Shown in pieces: positions 11,591 to 24,639 of a stretch of 64,000 nucleotides of DNA (positions are counted from its first letter, which is position 1; each line of letters starts with the position of its first letter). Origin of the DNA: the human T2T-CHM13v2.0 reference genome, Homo sapiens; the NCBI RefSeq assembly GCF_009914755.1, contig NC_060925.1; one strand, given 5' to 3'. Below the pieces are notes generated by a model that was not told where the DNA came from, ran no database searches, and saw nothing but the letters and a program-made list of their open reading frames with translations. The position numbers and the translations under genes are program-made.

Positions 11591-14500
11591 GTGGAGGGTG
11601 TTCTTGAATTGACCCCCGCCCGAATGCCTTGGAGACCCCTAGCTGCAGCCGAGAATGGGAATGAGTCAGCGCAGCTATTCCCCCTTCCCCCAACTTATTC
11701 CTGGAGGAGGGAGACCGCTTATCAGGGACGGGGGAACCAGATTGGGCTGTGAGGGGTTAAAGCAGGATGGGAACTGTCTGGTCCCTAAGGGAGTATGTGT
11801 GAGTGTGGGGATGAGGCCTGGAGGATTATGGGGTTGCCTCCTGCTGCCCCACACACACCAACTGGTTTGGTCACCCCTGTACCCGCCTGGCACTGCTGGG
11901 AGAGCTGGCATGGAGTGGACATCAGGTTGGGGAGGAGAGAGTGGGCATAAGGAGTGTTGTGCTGCGCTAGAGAGGGACATATGTGTGACTATGTCTGGAT
12001 GATAGTTAGTGTTCCTCCTTAGTGGTAACTGGGGAGAAGGGTAGGGGGCTCCCCCTGGAGCAGCTGATGAAACAAGGAGAAATCTCTGTCAGTGCCTCTG
12101 TCCCTGGCCCCAGGGACCCCAGCTCCCCCAGCGTGCCTCTGTTACATGGTTGCTGTGGGCACAACACAACCTGCTGGCACCCCCAGACACTGTCCCCTCC
12201 CTTGGGTACCACACACCCCCAGCCCTGGCACAGGGGTCAAAAAGGGGTTAATACCACCAGAATGGGGCTCTGGGGAAGAAAGAAGGCAGTGCCCACTAGG
12301 CTCAGGTGTCAAGGAGACAGGCTTGCTCTAATGGGACTCTCATCACTACTCAGTTCTGGCTGATGTAGACCCCAGTGTCTGGAAGACAGGTGCTGTCCCC
12401 TTCTTCTTCCCCATGGTGCCCCCTGGCACCCAGGGCCCCCAGCTCCTCCTTGGCCTAGTGCCTGCCCAGGGAGGGTGCGGCGGGCAGCGGGGGCTGGGCT
12501 AACAATGCACCATCAGGCCCTTTGTGTGCCTGCACTTGGCACCCTGGGGAAGGGTGGGGGAGGGGGCCCAGCAGGCATGGGGGGCGGAGCGCTCTGGGGT
12601 GGGGACAGTGAAGGCTGGGGGAGAGAAGCAAATGAAAGCAGGTGGGGAGGAAAGGGAAGTAGGTCAGATAGGGTGCCAGCCCCCCATTCCAAGCCAAGGC
12701 TGAGAGAACCAGCCCCTGATCCTATGGCTGCCTGGATGGCATCAGACTGAGGGACAGCCTAGGACTGGGCATTTGGGGTCAGAAGTCACTGCCCAGGGGA
12801 CTGCTCAGATGGAGGAGGTTTGGCCTGGTACTGCCCCCTTCTTAATGGCTGAGAGACCCAATTCTTCTGGCCCAAGACCAAGGCCCCAAGATGAGTAGTG
12901 AATGGGCTCCAGGCAGGGCACTGCCCTCTGACAGAAGCCTCTGGGCCTGCTGCGGGGCTTCCTGCCTCTGCCCCGCTTGGCTCCCTGACCTTCCTGAGAG
13001 TTAAGACTGCCCTGACACCAGGCCTTAGGGCCTATGCCTGTTTTGGCCTAGGGCGGGAGAGAACAGTGGGGGAGGAAGGTGGGGACAGGCAGATGGATAG
13101 GACCCTGGCATGGGGTGTGCCCGCCCTGGCCTCTTCCCCCTCCTTGTGCTGAGTAAACTCGTGAGTAAACTTGACGTTTTGCCCGGACAGTTTGAAGTTG
13201 CCTCGCTGCCCCCTCCCCCCCACTCTTGCCAACACAGAAGCGGCCAGGCGCCAAGGCGGGCCCGGGGGACTGGGAGGAAGGGGATAGAGCTGCTGTCATC
13301 CACCATCAAGTGTTTGGTGGGGTGGGGACAAGAAAGACCCCCACACCCAGCCAGGCCTAGGTCTTGGCAAGAGTCTTGGCTGGGGCCTGCCAGCATCTGT
13401 CCCAGAGCCCTGGGGAGCCCAGGAAAAGTGGCTTCAAAGCAGGTCCTCTGCCCACTTCTGACTTCCACCTCTACTAGGGAAAGGCACCCAGCTACCACCT
13501 GGCCCCCTGAGTTGCCATCTTTAATATTCACTGGCACAGGGACAAAGCTACCTTTAACAAATTCCCCAGGGAGACCAGAGAGGGCTGCCCTCTTCATCCT
13601 GTCCCATAGTTTGGGATGGACATCTTAGCCCTCTCTTCCCTGAGGCCTCCAGATGCCATGGTTCTGCTATGGAGGATAGCATTCTCATTTGCCAGCACTT
13701 GCCCTGACCACACCTGGGCCTAACCCCACATATACCTCTACCATATTCACCATCAGGCCTAGCCCTGATCTCCCCAAACCCCTTCCTTTGCCTGCTATCT
13801 TCCCCAGAACCAGGTCAGCCTTCAGAGCTTCCCAGTCAGCAAATACCTGTGCCAGATTCAGGGGTCGAAGGTGCCCCAGGCAAAAGAGGGCTGATGGCAG
13901 GCAAATGAAACAGTGATCCCCCATAAATATGTCAATTTGCTATCTTTTGACATCACTGATCCTCTTCTTCCTCCCAGGCCAACAGAATGACATGGGGAAA
14001 TGCCATCCCAGTCCCTGACAGGCCTCAGAGTGGGGCTCCCCCAGGCCCTTACTTTCGACCTCATGTCTCTGGCTTCAGTTTCCTTCCTGTTTCCACCGTC
14101 CCCCCAACTCCTCCCCACCCATATGCCCCTTTCAACAGACATCCTCTCCTCCTTCCTTCCTCCTTTCCTCCCCCTTTGCCTGGGAGCAGGGGTCCTCTTT
14201 CCTCCACCATGGACATCCTAGCCTTTTACCTCTTCTTAAACCTAGCCCCCTTGGAGATTCATGACCAAGTCATCTGCCCTTCTCACCCATCAGCAAGGCT
14301 CTGGGGAAGAGGAGAACCCAGAGCTTCTCAAGGGGGACTACAACTCCCAAGGTACATACAAAGCAATTGTGGTGCACACTGGGAGTTGTAGTCCTTGAGC
14401 TCTCAATTTGGCTGAGTCTGGAAGTGTTTCTGGATGAAGGTGAAAGTCAGAACTGGGATGGGTTGGAATGTGGGTACCCTCTGCATCCCCCCACTTTATT

Positions 14501-17500
14501 CTTGCTATCGCATTGCCATGGGATGCTGTGTACCTATGATTGACATCCATCTCCCTTGCTGAGACATGCTACCTGTCCTCACCTTAGGGCCCCACCCAAA
14601 AGATGCCCACACCCTGCCCTGCTGCCCCTGGCAGGGGTGAAACAGAGGGGCCCCATGAACTCCCTCCCTGCCCCCTGCCCTCTAGGCTGGTTCCCTCCCT
14701 TTATGGGGATCAAAGGGCAGAGAGCAGCCCCACCCCACTCCCTTGCAGGCTGCAGGCACTAGGGCTCTCAGGAATTGCAGGGACTTTGGTGCCCAAGCAA
14801 ATGCTTGGGCAGGGGGAATGCCGGGAGGTTGGCACCTGGTGGTAGGGAGAGACACTGGCCCCCACCCTGGGGTGTGGAGCCTTCATTAACTACTCACAGG
14901 GCTGTCCATTGCCTCCTAGGCTCTCTCTGTGTAGGCCCTGACCAGTGTGCTACCTCTTGAGGAGGTGGTTTGAGAACAGGGTCTTAGGCCTTATCTGTAA
15001 GGCCTAGGGGCCTGGGCCCGTCTGGCTGGCACCAAGGCACAGGGTGACCCTCCCCCACCTCAGGCCCACAGTTGGCATGGGGCGCTGGGAGCAGGGGGGT
15101 AGGAGGGAGAGGAGGGCAGGACTGCCAGCATCCTGGTGGGTAGGTGCCAACCGGGCCGGGAGCTGGTGAGGGGCAGCAGGCCAGCGGCATTGAGCCAGCA
15201 GCTGTTGGGGGAAAGGGGAGGGGATATTTTAGGGGGCATTTCTATGGTACCCCCAAGCCTAGCAGGATTTGGGATGGCCTAGTGTCTGGGGGTCACTAGG
15301 GCACCCCTCATTCCAGGAATAAGGGACCCCAGGAGTTGTTTAAGTGAAATTTGGTGGCCCATCCATGTCTGGGCTCAGAGCTCTCCTGAGTTGCCCCTCA
15401 GGCCCAGGCGGGTCCCACCCAACCGGCCAGGGTGGCAGCAGCTTGCGCAAGGGGTGGGGCTAGGCGCTTCCCAGCAGATGCCCCCTCCCAGCTCCTTCCT
15501 CTTTCGGTGCCCACAGCTCCCCCAATCTGTCTATCCCCCTCAGGCCAGCTCTGTTCCCCCTGATCCCCCTGGCTATTGGGGGCTGGCATGAGTGCTGCCC
15601 CCTGGCCTGGTTGGCAGGGGTTGGCACCCGGGCAAGGAACTGTGGTATGTGAGTGGGTTTGGGGTGAGGCTATGGGGAGGGCGGGGTGCCGCCTTGCCCA
15701 GCCCCTGAGGGCCCCAGCCCAGTACAGGGTAGGGAGAATTCGGCCAGCTCCCAGGGGGACTGAGGAGCTTGCTGGGGTCTAGAGGGCTTCCTTGTGGTCC
15801 CCATCCCACATACTCTGAGGGGCTGGGACCCAGGCACCTGTCACCCCTGGCACTGACTGTCCAGGGTTCCCCTCCTCCCTCTTCTAGCCACAGCTGCCTC
15901 CGTCCCCTCCCCTCCCTTCTTCCTTCTCCTGGTCCCACCTCCAGTAGCCTCTCCCATTGCTCCTCCTCATCTCTGTCCTCCTGGACTGTCCCAGCTCCTA
16001 CCTTTCCTACCCCTCACCTTTTTCCTCTTTTAGGACTGAGTAAGGACAGGAGTGGGTGGGTTCTGCTGGGGCTTCAGGCACCACAGGCAGAGACTCTGGG
16101 CCCTCTCCCACGCCGCCAGCCCTCCGGTAACCCCTCCCTCCAAGCTGGGGGGAGGGGGGACAGCACCCAGAGGGTTAAGGCTGTAGGGGGGAGGGGCTGG
16201 GCCAGGTCGTGGGCGGCCCCTTTGAAGGAGGGAGCTGGAGCGGGGAACAGCCACCCTACCTCCCCCCAAGCCTGGCCCTCCCCCACCTGTCCCAACCTGC
16301 TGCCCCCAGGGGCCAGGAGGAGTTGCCGCCAGGCCCCTCAGCGTTCAGGTGAGTAGGCCCTGCTCTGGCTTGGGAGATCAGGCCCCAGGGGGGCTTGGAG
16401 GCCTAGAATTAGCCAAGGGTCAGAGGACTGAAAAACAGGTCAGGAAGAGGGTGCCCAGACTTCACAAGAGAGTTTAGGGAACTGAGGGCTTGAGAAGCGG
16501 GAATGTGGGGAGGCCTCAGTGTTTAAGGGGACCCGAGCAGATCAGGAGAGGCAGAAGAGGGGCCTATAGGGACTGAGTGATTGCTGGGCCAGGTCAGGAG
16601 GCTGGACAGGCTGGCAGAGAGCCGGGCTCCGGAGATCGGGCTGGGGTGTCCTCTGGGGCTGGGGGGCTCAGGTTTCTGCTGGCGGCTTGGCGGGTGTGGG
16701 GTTACCAGCCAGCTCGGTTACCCAGCCGGAGACACTAGGCTGGGGGGGAGGGGGTGGGCACAGGGCAGACCCTGGCACCTTGTGCGGTCTCCTCAGGCCC
16801 TAAGGGGAGCTGGCACTGTCCAGGCAGACCCTGCTGAGAATCCTGATGGCCAGAGTCTGTCCAAGTGGACAATTGCCTGGTCCAGGGTGGGCACCCTCCG
16901 GGGAAAGTCCAGCAGCTCCAGGGCTGGAAACTCTGACGGGCAGAGAGGCACAGGTTGTCCCCCCACCCCCACCCCACATCCGCTCTCGCTGCAAACCCCC
17001 CTCCACCACTCATTCTCCCCAACTGGCTCCCAAATTGTGGTCCCCTGCTTCATCCAAAAGTGGGGTGTGGGTGCCCTAAACTCAACCATCTTTTGGCAAG
17101 ACCAGGCATTGGAAGGCAGGCCTGGTCCCTGATTTAATTCCTCTGCGGCTCTCCACCCCTCATATGCCTGGGAAGAAGGGAATGGATGGTTGGAGCAGGG
17201 GGCCAATGGAGAAAGTGGAGAAGTTTGAGCAAGAGAGAACCAAGGGGAAGAGAAAGGAGAGGCAGGGACAGTTCCTGGGAGGAGGCCTAGGGACACTGAT
17301 GGGGTGGAGAGGATGCGGAGTTCAGGGAGGGCTGAAGGAAGGAAAGCAAAGGGTGGACTTGTGGAGGGAAGACAAGGGTCGGAGGAGGCAATGAGGGGAC
17401 AGAACCAGGAGGCCAAGAGAGGGGCAAGAGTGAGGGCTGGATGATGGCAGGGAATACCCAAAGGTGGCGGCGCTAAGGCTGAGAGAGTTGCCCCCATTCC

Positions 17501-18281
17501 TTCCTCCGCCATCTTTTATCTTCCTCATATTTCCCTTGATGGGGACTAAGGGGCTATGGGCAAGGGCTGGTGTCATGGAAAGAAAATGTAGGGAAGCATT
17601 AAGGTCTCCCTCATTTCAGGAGCCCCAGAACCAGGACTGGGGGATTTGGAGCTGGGCAGAGACTTAACCCCCACAGCACCGGGAAGCAGCCAACTCCCCT
17701 CGCCTCCTTCCCCCTTCGTGGCTTGCGGTCTCTCTTCCCCGCCTCGGCCCCCAGGAAGTGTGAGTGCTGGGGGTGGTGAGGTTAGGAGGGGGAAGCGTCA
17801 TATGGGGGATGGGGAAGGCATGCACAAGCTTGGAGGGGCTGGGGTGGGGAGAGAAGGGCTCCATAAATGTCAGAGCATCCCTGGGCAGAGAACCTCTTCT
17901 TTGAAGCCCTTCTAGTCCTCATGTGAGAAGAGGCTCAGCCCCTTTACCTTCCCTCCCCAACTGGGCAATCCAGATGGCTGCAGCTCCTGGGCCCCAGAGG
18001 CCCTGGGAAGCGGTGGGGGAAGCTGGAGAACAAGGATTCCTGGGTCCCTTAGGACTTTGGACTGGCTGTCCAATTTCCCCACCCCCCTGGTCCAGACGCA
18101 GGCCAAAGCCATGGCTTCGTGCAAACTTAGCTCCAAAAAAACAGGAAGAGAACCTGAGGCTGGAGTTGGGGTGGGGGGGTGGAGGGAGAAAGGAGACAGA
18201 AGTAAGGGGGAGGGGTGGCCAGCCAAGGCACCAGGAGCGTTGGGAAGAGCCTCAGGTCTCTCCATCATCCCTGGCAGGAAG

Positions 18282-18377
18282 ATGTTACAGCCTGGTCCTC
18301 ATCCTCCCTCACCCCAAGCTGCTGCTCCTGGAGAAGCCTGGCCAGGCCCCTCTCAGGCTCCCTGGCAGAGCCTAGAG
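18282..18377 (+). CDS. ZBTB7B: ZBTB7B alternative coding exon (exon 18278-18377) adding MLQPGPHPPSPQAAAPGEAWPGPSQAPWQSLE(EK) in frame; 573-aa isoform
   Basis: GGCAG| acceptor, ATG at 18282 and GAG|GTAGGG phase-0 donor; splices in frame to 22016 GAG AAG ATG. Confidence 0.75.
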
Positions 18378-20469
18378 GTAGGGGCCTTGGAACCTGGGGA
18401 GGGGGGGCTCTGCGTGCCTGTGTCCCAGGCCCATATCTATTTTCTCTGCTGCTAATCCTGGTTCCGCCTGCTGCCCCCCACACTAAGCCTCACTCCCCTA
18501 ATCCCCAGGGTGGGGGAAAGGGGGGTCAGCTTTACTCAGCTGCCCTGTTCAGGGCCTGCTATCCCTGCCCTTCGGCTGGCTCAAGCCAGCAGTGTTGGCC
18601 TTCGTGGCCCCCAGCCCTGCACTGGACCCTGCCTGAGGTCAGCACCCGGAAAGAGTTCCCATCTCCCTTTTCTTTCCAAGACCAGGCCAGTGGCCTCCAC
18701 CTTTTGGTTTCTTGGTGCTGGACATACCCTGCCAGGTGCCCTTGAGCACTGAAGGGTAGGTGATAGGCACTCCCACCTTTACCCCCTCCCAACTTTCTCA
18801 CCCTGAAGTCTTCCCCCAACCAAGGACAGGGCAGGCTTGACTCAGGGCCCAGTTTCAAGAGAGCTGCCCACCGGCTTGGCCGGTCTAGCAGGCCTGACAG
18901 TGAGGGGAGCCTGGGGGGGTGGCGGGAAAGAGGGGAGTGATGGGGTGGGGCCCCCAGTTCTTCCCCCTACCAGGCAAACAGACCAAACAGACCTTGCCCG
19001 GTTCCCTGGCACAGCTGCACCCCCAACCACCACACACACCCATGCCCACAAGGTCTTAGCAAGAGGGGGCATGCCAGATTGGGTGGGGATGGGCCGCCTT
19101 CATGGGGCGTCAGGGGACTGGGCCCTCTGGGATGCAGAGGTGGGAAAGGTGCCCAAGGTAGGGTGGGCACCCTGGCACCAGTGCCCTGCCCTGGCAGAAA
19201 GAAGGGGGAGGCCTTTGCCCCACCCATCCCTCCCAGATGATGGGTCTAAGAGGGCCCCTTGGCCTGGTTGGCACCACCATAGCTCCAGGTGGCACCTATA
19301 TTGGCATGGGTGTTAGAGCCCTGGGTAAGGGTTAGGGGAGTTTCCCAGAAGCTAGAGAAGCTTATGAACACCCTCTCCTTCCCACACATGTCCTCTGCCT
19401 CTCCCCCTCTTTCATTGCTACCTCTTGGCCATGGGCATTGGATTTGGGCCTAAGGAGTTAAACACCCACCCTTGCCCAATCCCTGTGTGAGTTGCGTGGT
19501 GAACGAGCCTGAGCCTGTGACCTGACAGTGAGGTCAGCCAATCAGCGCCCCCACCACACCAAGTTGCCACGGAGACCGGCCCTGGGGTGGGAGAAAGGAG
19601 GCGGGTTTAGCAGCGGGAATGGGTGGGGTGGGCAGGGAAGGAGGGAGAGGGATGGGGTGAGCCACGTGCCTGCCAGTGCCCAGCTCCCAGCCAATGGACA
19701 GCGAGGACAGCCCCACCCATCCCCCTTAGGAGGGACAGGATCCACTTGGGCCCAGGAGGGTGCCTACTGCTGCTTAAGTAGCTGCAGCCACTGTTGCTGC
19801 TGCTCCTCCTGCTGCTGCTGCTGCCCACCTGGTTTTTGTTTGTTCCCAAGTCTGGGGGCCATTTGCCACTTGTACCATTTGTAAAGTACAGGCAGGAGGA
19901 TTAAAGGGAGCAGGGAGAGCTCCCAGATGGCTTGGTTCCTAGGGAGAGAAGTGGTTTGCGGACTTACGGTGGGAACAGGTGAGCTATCTAAGGGTGCCTA
20001 GAGGTGGCTTACAAGCAAAGAAGGACATGCGGGTGCTGCTCACCCAAGGTTTCTGTGCAGGAGCCCTGGCCTTGCAATGAAGAGGGCAGGCAGGGAGGCA
20101 GACACAGAGAATGCACTTCTTGTGTCCTAAAGAGGAAATTTGTGGCTTGACTCCCCCATTCACCCCCCCACCCAAAAAAAAAAAAACCTTTCCCCATCAA
20201 TGGCCAGGTCTGAACAGCTGCTGGAGTGGCAGAGGGGACACTGACAAAATGTCAGTGGGACTTGCCTTAGGGATCATCTGGGCCAGTCTTTAATATTACA
20301 TATGAGGAACAGGCTTCCTCAGGAAAGGAAGTGACTTGTCCAAAGTCATGTAGCTAGTAGTAGCTTGGTTCCCTCAGGGTGATTTGAGGGAGGGAGGCAG
20401 ACCTGTCCCCAAGTAGTTTTCTTAACAGAGGCCATCTGTATAGTGGAATCTGACCCCAGGCTAGGCCAA

Positions 20470-21950
20470 GGCCAGAACATTTATCGAATCCCTACTGCAT
20501 ATCAGGCATTGTGCCATATTTGGTCTCATTTAACCCTCACCACAACCCTAGGAGTCAGGTGGAATTATCCTATGTTACAGATGAGGAAGGCGGCTCAGAG
20601 ATTAAATCACTTGTTTAAGGTCATGGAGCTAACTGGTGGCAGAGACAGGATTCAAACTCAAGCCTGGCTGACTCCAGAGCCCAGTTCTTTCCAAGCCCCA
20701 GCACTGTCTCCAGTTGCTCCAGACCCACAAAATGTCAGGGCTGAAGGTCTGAGCCATTGGGGCCACTACTTCCACCCCCTCCTTGCACAGCTGAGGAAAT
20801 GGAAGCACAGAGAGAAATGACTTTCCCAAGGTCATTCAGCAAGACAGTAGCAGAGCCAGGATTTAAAGCAGGTCTCACCCCCTTCCAGGCCCCAACCCCT
20901 GCCGACACCTCTGCCAGCCTTGGTGCTCTGCACCCACCTCCTGGCTGCTCTGCACCCACCTCCTGTGGCTGGGCCCTGGAGGGTAAAGGATAGAGAGCAG
21001 GACCAAGGCCTTCTGGAGACGGGGCTCTCCTGGAATAGGGAGGGAGGGGTGGCAGTAGCTGAGGGGGAGGTGGGGGGTGGGACTGGAACTTGGCCTATTG
21101 GCAGTGGGGGAGGGGGCGGGGGCGATGCTTATCTGTGCGGGGCAGGAAGCACCCGCGCCAGCCAGTGACACCCCAGCAAAGGGTGGCTGCTCCTTGGCCC
21201 CATGGGGGAGGGGAGGATGTGGGGGGAGGGATGCTGGGAGCTGTGTTTCCCGTTTGGCCTGGAGAAGTGGGGGATCTAGAAGGGGAGATGAACTTTTGGT
21301 AGCCAGGGGAGGGGCAAGAGGAGGAAGAGGATGATGCTTGGAAGCTGCCTTCTCTTGTTTGCATATGTTTTACAGTGTCCTAACCGCTTTGGAGAGCGAT
21401 AACTTGAGTTAAAGCACCTGTCTGTGCCTGGCCTCCAGCAGATCTTGGTCCAGTGTGAGTCTGAACTCTCTCATTGGCCTCTCCCCAGGTTATGAGGAGG
21501 TTCATTACAAAGACTGTTACCTCACTTTTCAAATGACTGAGGCCAGCTGCCAGTACCACCCCCGGTCCTTCAGCCAATTCTTTATGAAGCCTGAACCGGG
21601 ACCCAGGCATCCTATCTCCCAGTCCACTGCTCCTTCCAAAGAGATGGGGAATGGGGCAGGTGACATAGATGGACCTCCATGAAAGGGCCAGAAAGGCAGG
21701 GCTCCTGCTGCCACAGAGGCAGAGTAGAATAGTATAGTGGTTAGGAACAAGGACCGGGCCCACTCCCTGAGTTTGAACACTGTTCTGCACTTAACTTGGA
21801 AAATCACTTCACCTGTCTGAACCTCAGTTTCCTTGTCTGTGAAACAGATGATGATCATACTTCAGAGGGTTCTGGAAGATGAAATGAGTGTAAAGTACTC
21901 AGAAGGGTGACTGGCATGCAGTCATCCCTCAATAAGTATTGGCTAAAGTT
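20470..21950. mobile_element. Cluster of MIR fragments (about 20470-20680, 20790-20870, 21715-21945)
   Basis: MIR core motifs (CAGATGAGGAA..GCTCAGAGA..AAGGTCA; CTCAGTTTCCT..TCTGT). Confidence 0.65.
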
Positions 21951-22021
21951 GGTCCTCTTTCCCCAGACCCCTGTGGGCTGAGCGCTCTTAATCTCCCCTC
22001 TACTTGACTCTGCAGGAGAAG

Positions 22022-24046
22022 ATGGGGAGCCCCGAGGATGACCTGATTGGGATTCCATTCCCGGACCACAGCAGTGAGCTCCTGAGCTGCCTCAATGAGC
22101 AGCGCCAGCTGGGCCACCTATGTGACCTCACCATCCGGACGCAGGGCCTTGAATACCGCACCCACAGGGCTGTGCTAGCTGCCTGTAGCCACTACTTCAA
22201 GAAGCTTTTCACTGAGGGCGGTGGCGGAGCTGTCATGGGGGCCGGGGGTAGCGGGACGGCCACTGGGGGAGCAGGGGCCGGTGTGTGTGAGCTGGACTTT
22301 GTAGGGCCAGAGGCACTAGGCGCCCTCCTTGAATTTGCCTATACAGCCACACTGACCACCAGCAGCGCCAACATGCCAGCTGTGCTCCAGGCTGCCCGCC
22401 TGCTGGAGATCCCGTGTGTCATCGCTGCTTGCATGGAGATTCTGCAGGGCAGTGGGCTAGAAGCTCCCAGCCCGGACGAGGATGACTGTGAGCGAGCCCG
22501 CCAGTATCTGGAGGCCTTTGCCACAGCCACGGCCTCTGGAGTTCCCAATGGTGAAGACAGTCCTCCACAGGTGCCCCTCCCACCACCTCCGCCACCGCCA
22601 CCTCGGCCTGTTGCCCGCCGCAGCCGCAAGCCCCGGAAAGCTTTCCTGCAAACCAAGGGGGCCAGAGCAAACCACCTAGTCCCTGAGGTGCCCACAGTGC
22701 CCGCCCATCCCTTGACCTATGAGGAGGAGGAGGTGGCGGGCAGAGTGGGCAGCAGTGGGGGCAGTGGGCCGGGGGACAGCTACAGCCCTCCCACAGGAAC
22801 TGCCTCCCCTCCTGAGGGTCCCCAGAGCTACGAACCCTATGAGGGTGAGGAAGAAGAAGAGGAGCTGGTATATCCCCCAGCCTATGGGCTGGCGCAGGGT
22901 GGCGGGCCCCCGCTGTCCCCAGAGGAGCTGGGCTCAGATGAGGATGCCATCGATCCTGACCTGATGGCCTACCTAAGCTCCCTGCACCAGGACAACCTGG
23001 CACCAGGCCTGGACAGCCAAGACAAGCTGGTGCGCAAACGCCGCTCCCAGATGCCTCAGGAGTGCCCTGTCTGCCACAAGATCATCCATGGGGCAGGCAA
23101 ACTGCCTCGCCACATGAGGACCCACACAGGCGAGAAGCCCTTTGCCTGCGAGGTCTGCGGTGTTCGATTCACCAGGTGAGCAGCAAGGGGGGAAGGGCCC
23201 GGCAGGGGCCATGGGTAGGGGACAGGGTGGGAGGAGATGGGGAAGAAGTTAGGAGACCCGAGGTGGTGGTAGGTGGTCCTGGAGGGACTGGGGCATGGGT
23301 GGGTTACTGGAGTGAGGAGAGCAGAAGAAAACAAGCCAGCAGGGGGTGGATCTGGAGCATGGAGGATTCGGTGCCCAGGAGGGCAGTGCTGGAAGCAGAG
23401 GAGTGGATAATGACAAGCCCTAGTTAAGCTAGAGGTGAGCTAGCAGGGTATCTCCTGGGGCAATAGTGGGGTAACAAATGGTGAGGAACAGGGATGGGAC
23501 AAGGCCAGGGTGGGATGACCAGGAGGAGCCAGGGATCCCATCCTGAACACCTCCCTGCCCCTCACCCCTGCCTGTGCCAGGAACGACAAGCTGAAGATCC
23601 ACATGCGGAAGCACACGGGAGAGCGCCCCTACTCATGCCCGCACTGCCCAGCCCGCTTCCTGCACAGCTACGACCTCAAGAACCACATGCACCTGCACAC
23701 AGGGGACCGGCCCTATGAGTGCCACCTGTGCCACAAGGCTTTCGCCAAGGAGGACCACCTGCAGCGCCACCTCAAAGGCCAGAACTGCCTGGAGGTGCGC
23801 ACCCGACGGCGCCGCAAGGACGATGCACCACCCCACTACCCACCACCCTCTACCGCTGCTGCATCCCCCGCTGGCCTCGACCTCTCCAATGGCCACCTGG
23901 ACACCTTCCGCCTCTCTCTAGCTCGATTCTGGGAGCAGTCAGCCCCCACTGGGCCCCCGGTCTCTACCCCAGGGCCCCCTGATGACGATGAGGAGGAAGG
24001 GGCACCCACCACACCCCAGGCTGAAGGTGCCATGGAGTCCTCTTAA
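22022..24046 (+). CDS. ZBTB7B: ThPOK/cKrox BTB-zinc-finger transcription factor, join(22022..23175,23581..24046), 539 aa
   Basis: BTB/POZ domain ([19 protein letters not shown]), proline/acidic linker and four zinc fingers with HTGEKP-type linkers. Phase-2 GT-AG intron; total 1620 nt. Confidence 0.99.
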
Positions 24047-24639
24047 AGAGGGACGAGGGCCAGACTGAAGCAGCACAAGGCCGGGGACACCCATGCCAAG
24101 CAGTGGGAGCACGCAGGACAGACACAGCAGGGGTCTGGGGCACGGAGCCTTGCTGGCATCAGCATCAGCCCTTCCTCCCAGAGCCCTCATTCCAATTCCA
24201 AGCTAAGAAGGTATTGGGGCAGAGGCTCCCCAAATTGGGGTGATCCCCCAAGGAGTGATACATATATTGTGTATATATTTACAGCTGTATTGTAAAAGTG
24301 GGGTCCCTGTCCCCAGCTGCTCCTGGGGAGTAGAAGCAATAATGTATTTCTAATTTGTGGGTCCCACTTCGGCTATGCGGGTTTCTAGGGGGTGGGGGCT
24401 TGGGACCAAAGCCTTGCCCCGCCCCTATGCCCCTTGGGGGTTTTGGCTGTGTAAGGGGGTGAAGGACTGCCCCTCCCTTTCGAGACCCCTCCTTCCTGGT
24501 TTCTGTTCCTTTTTCCTGGCAGTGAATTATGCAAAGGGGGCCGGCAAAGGAAGGGTAGGTGGGGGAAAGCCAGGTGGAAGCTTGAAAGACTGGGGGACTG
24601 GGCCTGTAAGGAAGGAGCCATCCCAGTCCCCCTCCGCCC

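Larger units (their letters stand above)
7500..11600. promoter_or_regulatory. ZBTB7B distal promoter CpG-island complex
   Basis: High CpG/GC, GC boxes, CCAAT (~9576), ETS site CCAGGAAGTG (~9923), G-run arrays and a reverse CTCF-like motif at 10735-10748. Confidence 0.8.

Noticed and set aside
6426-19316. Long Pro/Gly/Arg-rich ORFs on both strands (e.g. 16793..17512, 6578..7177, 15769..16356)
   Set aside because: Expected from stop-codon scarcity in GC-rich DNA. Many start at non-ATG codons and none shows a recognisable domain.
19528-19884. ORF with a poly-Cys tract resembling a metallothionein/keratin-associated or CYSTM-like peptide
   Set aside because: It starts at GTG and the Cys run comes from an imperfect (CTG)n microsatellite. 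I found no supporting gene structure; Ribo-seq or PhyloCSF signal would reopen it.
22339-23003. Antisense ORFs over the ZBTB7B main exon
   Set aside because: Shadow frames of GC3-rich coding sequence.
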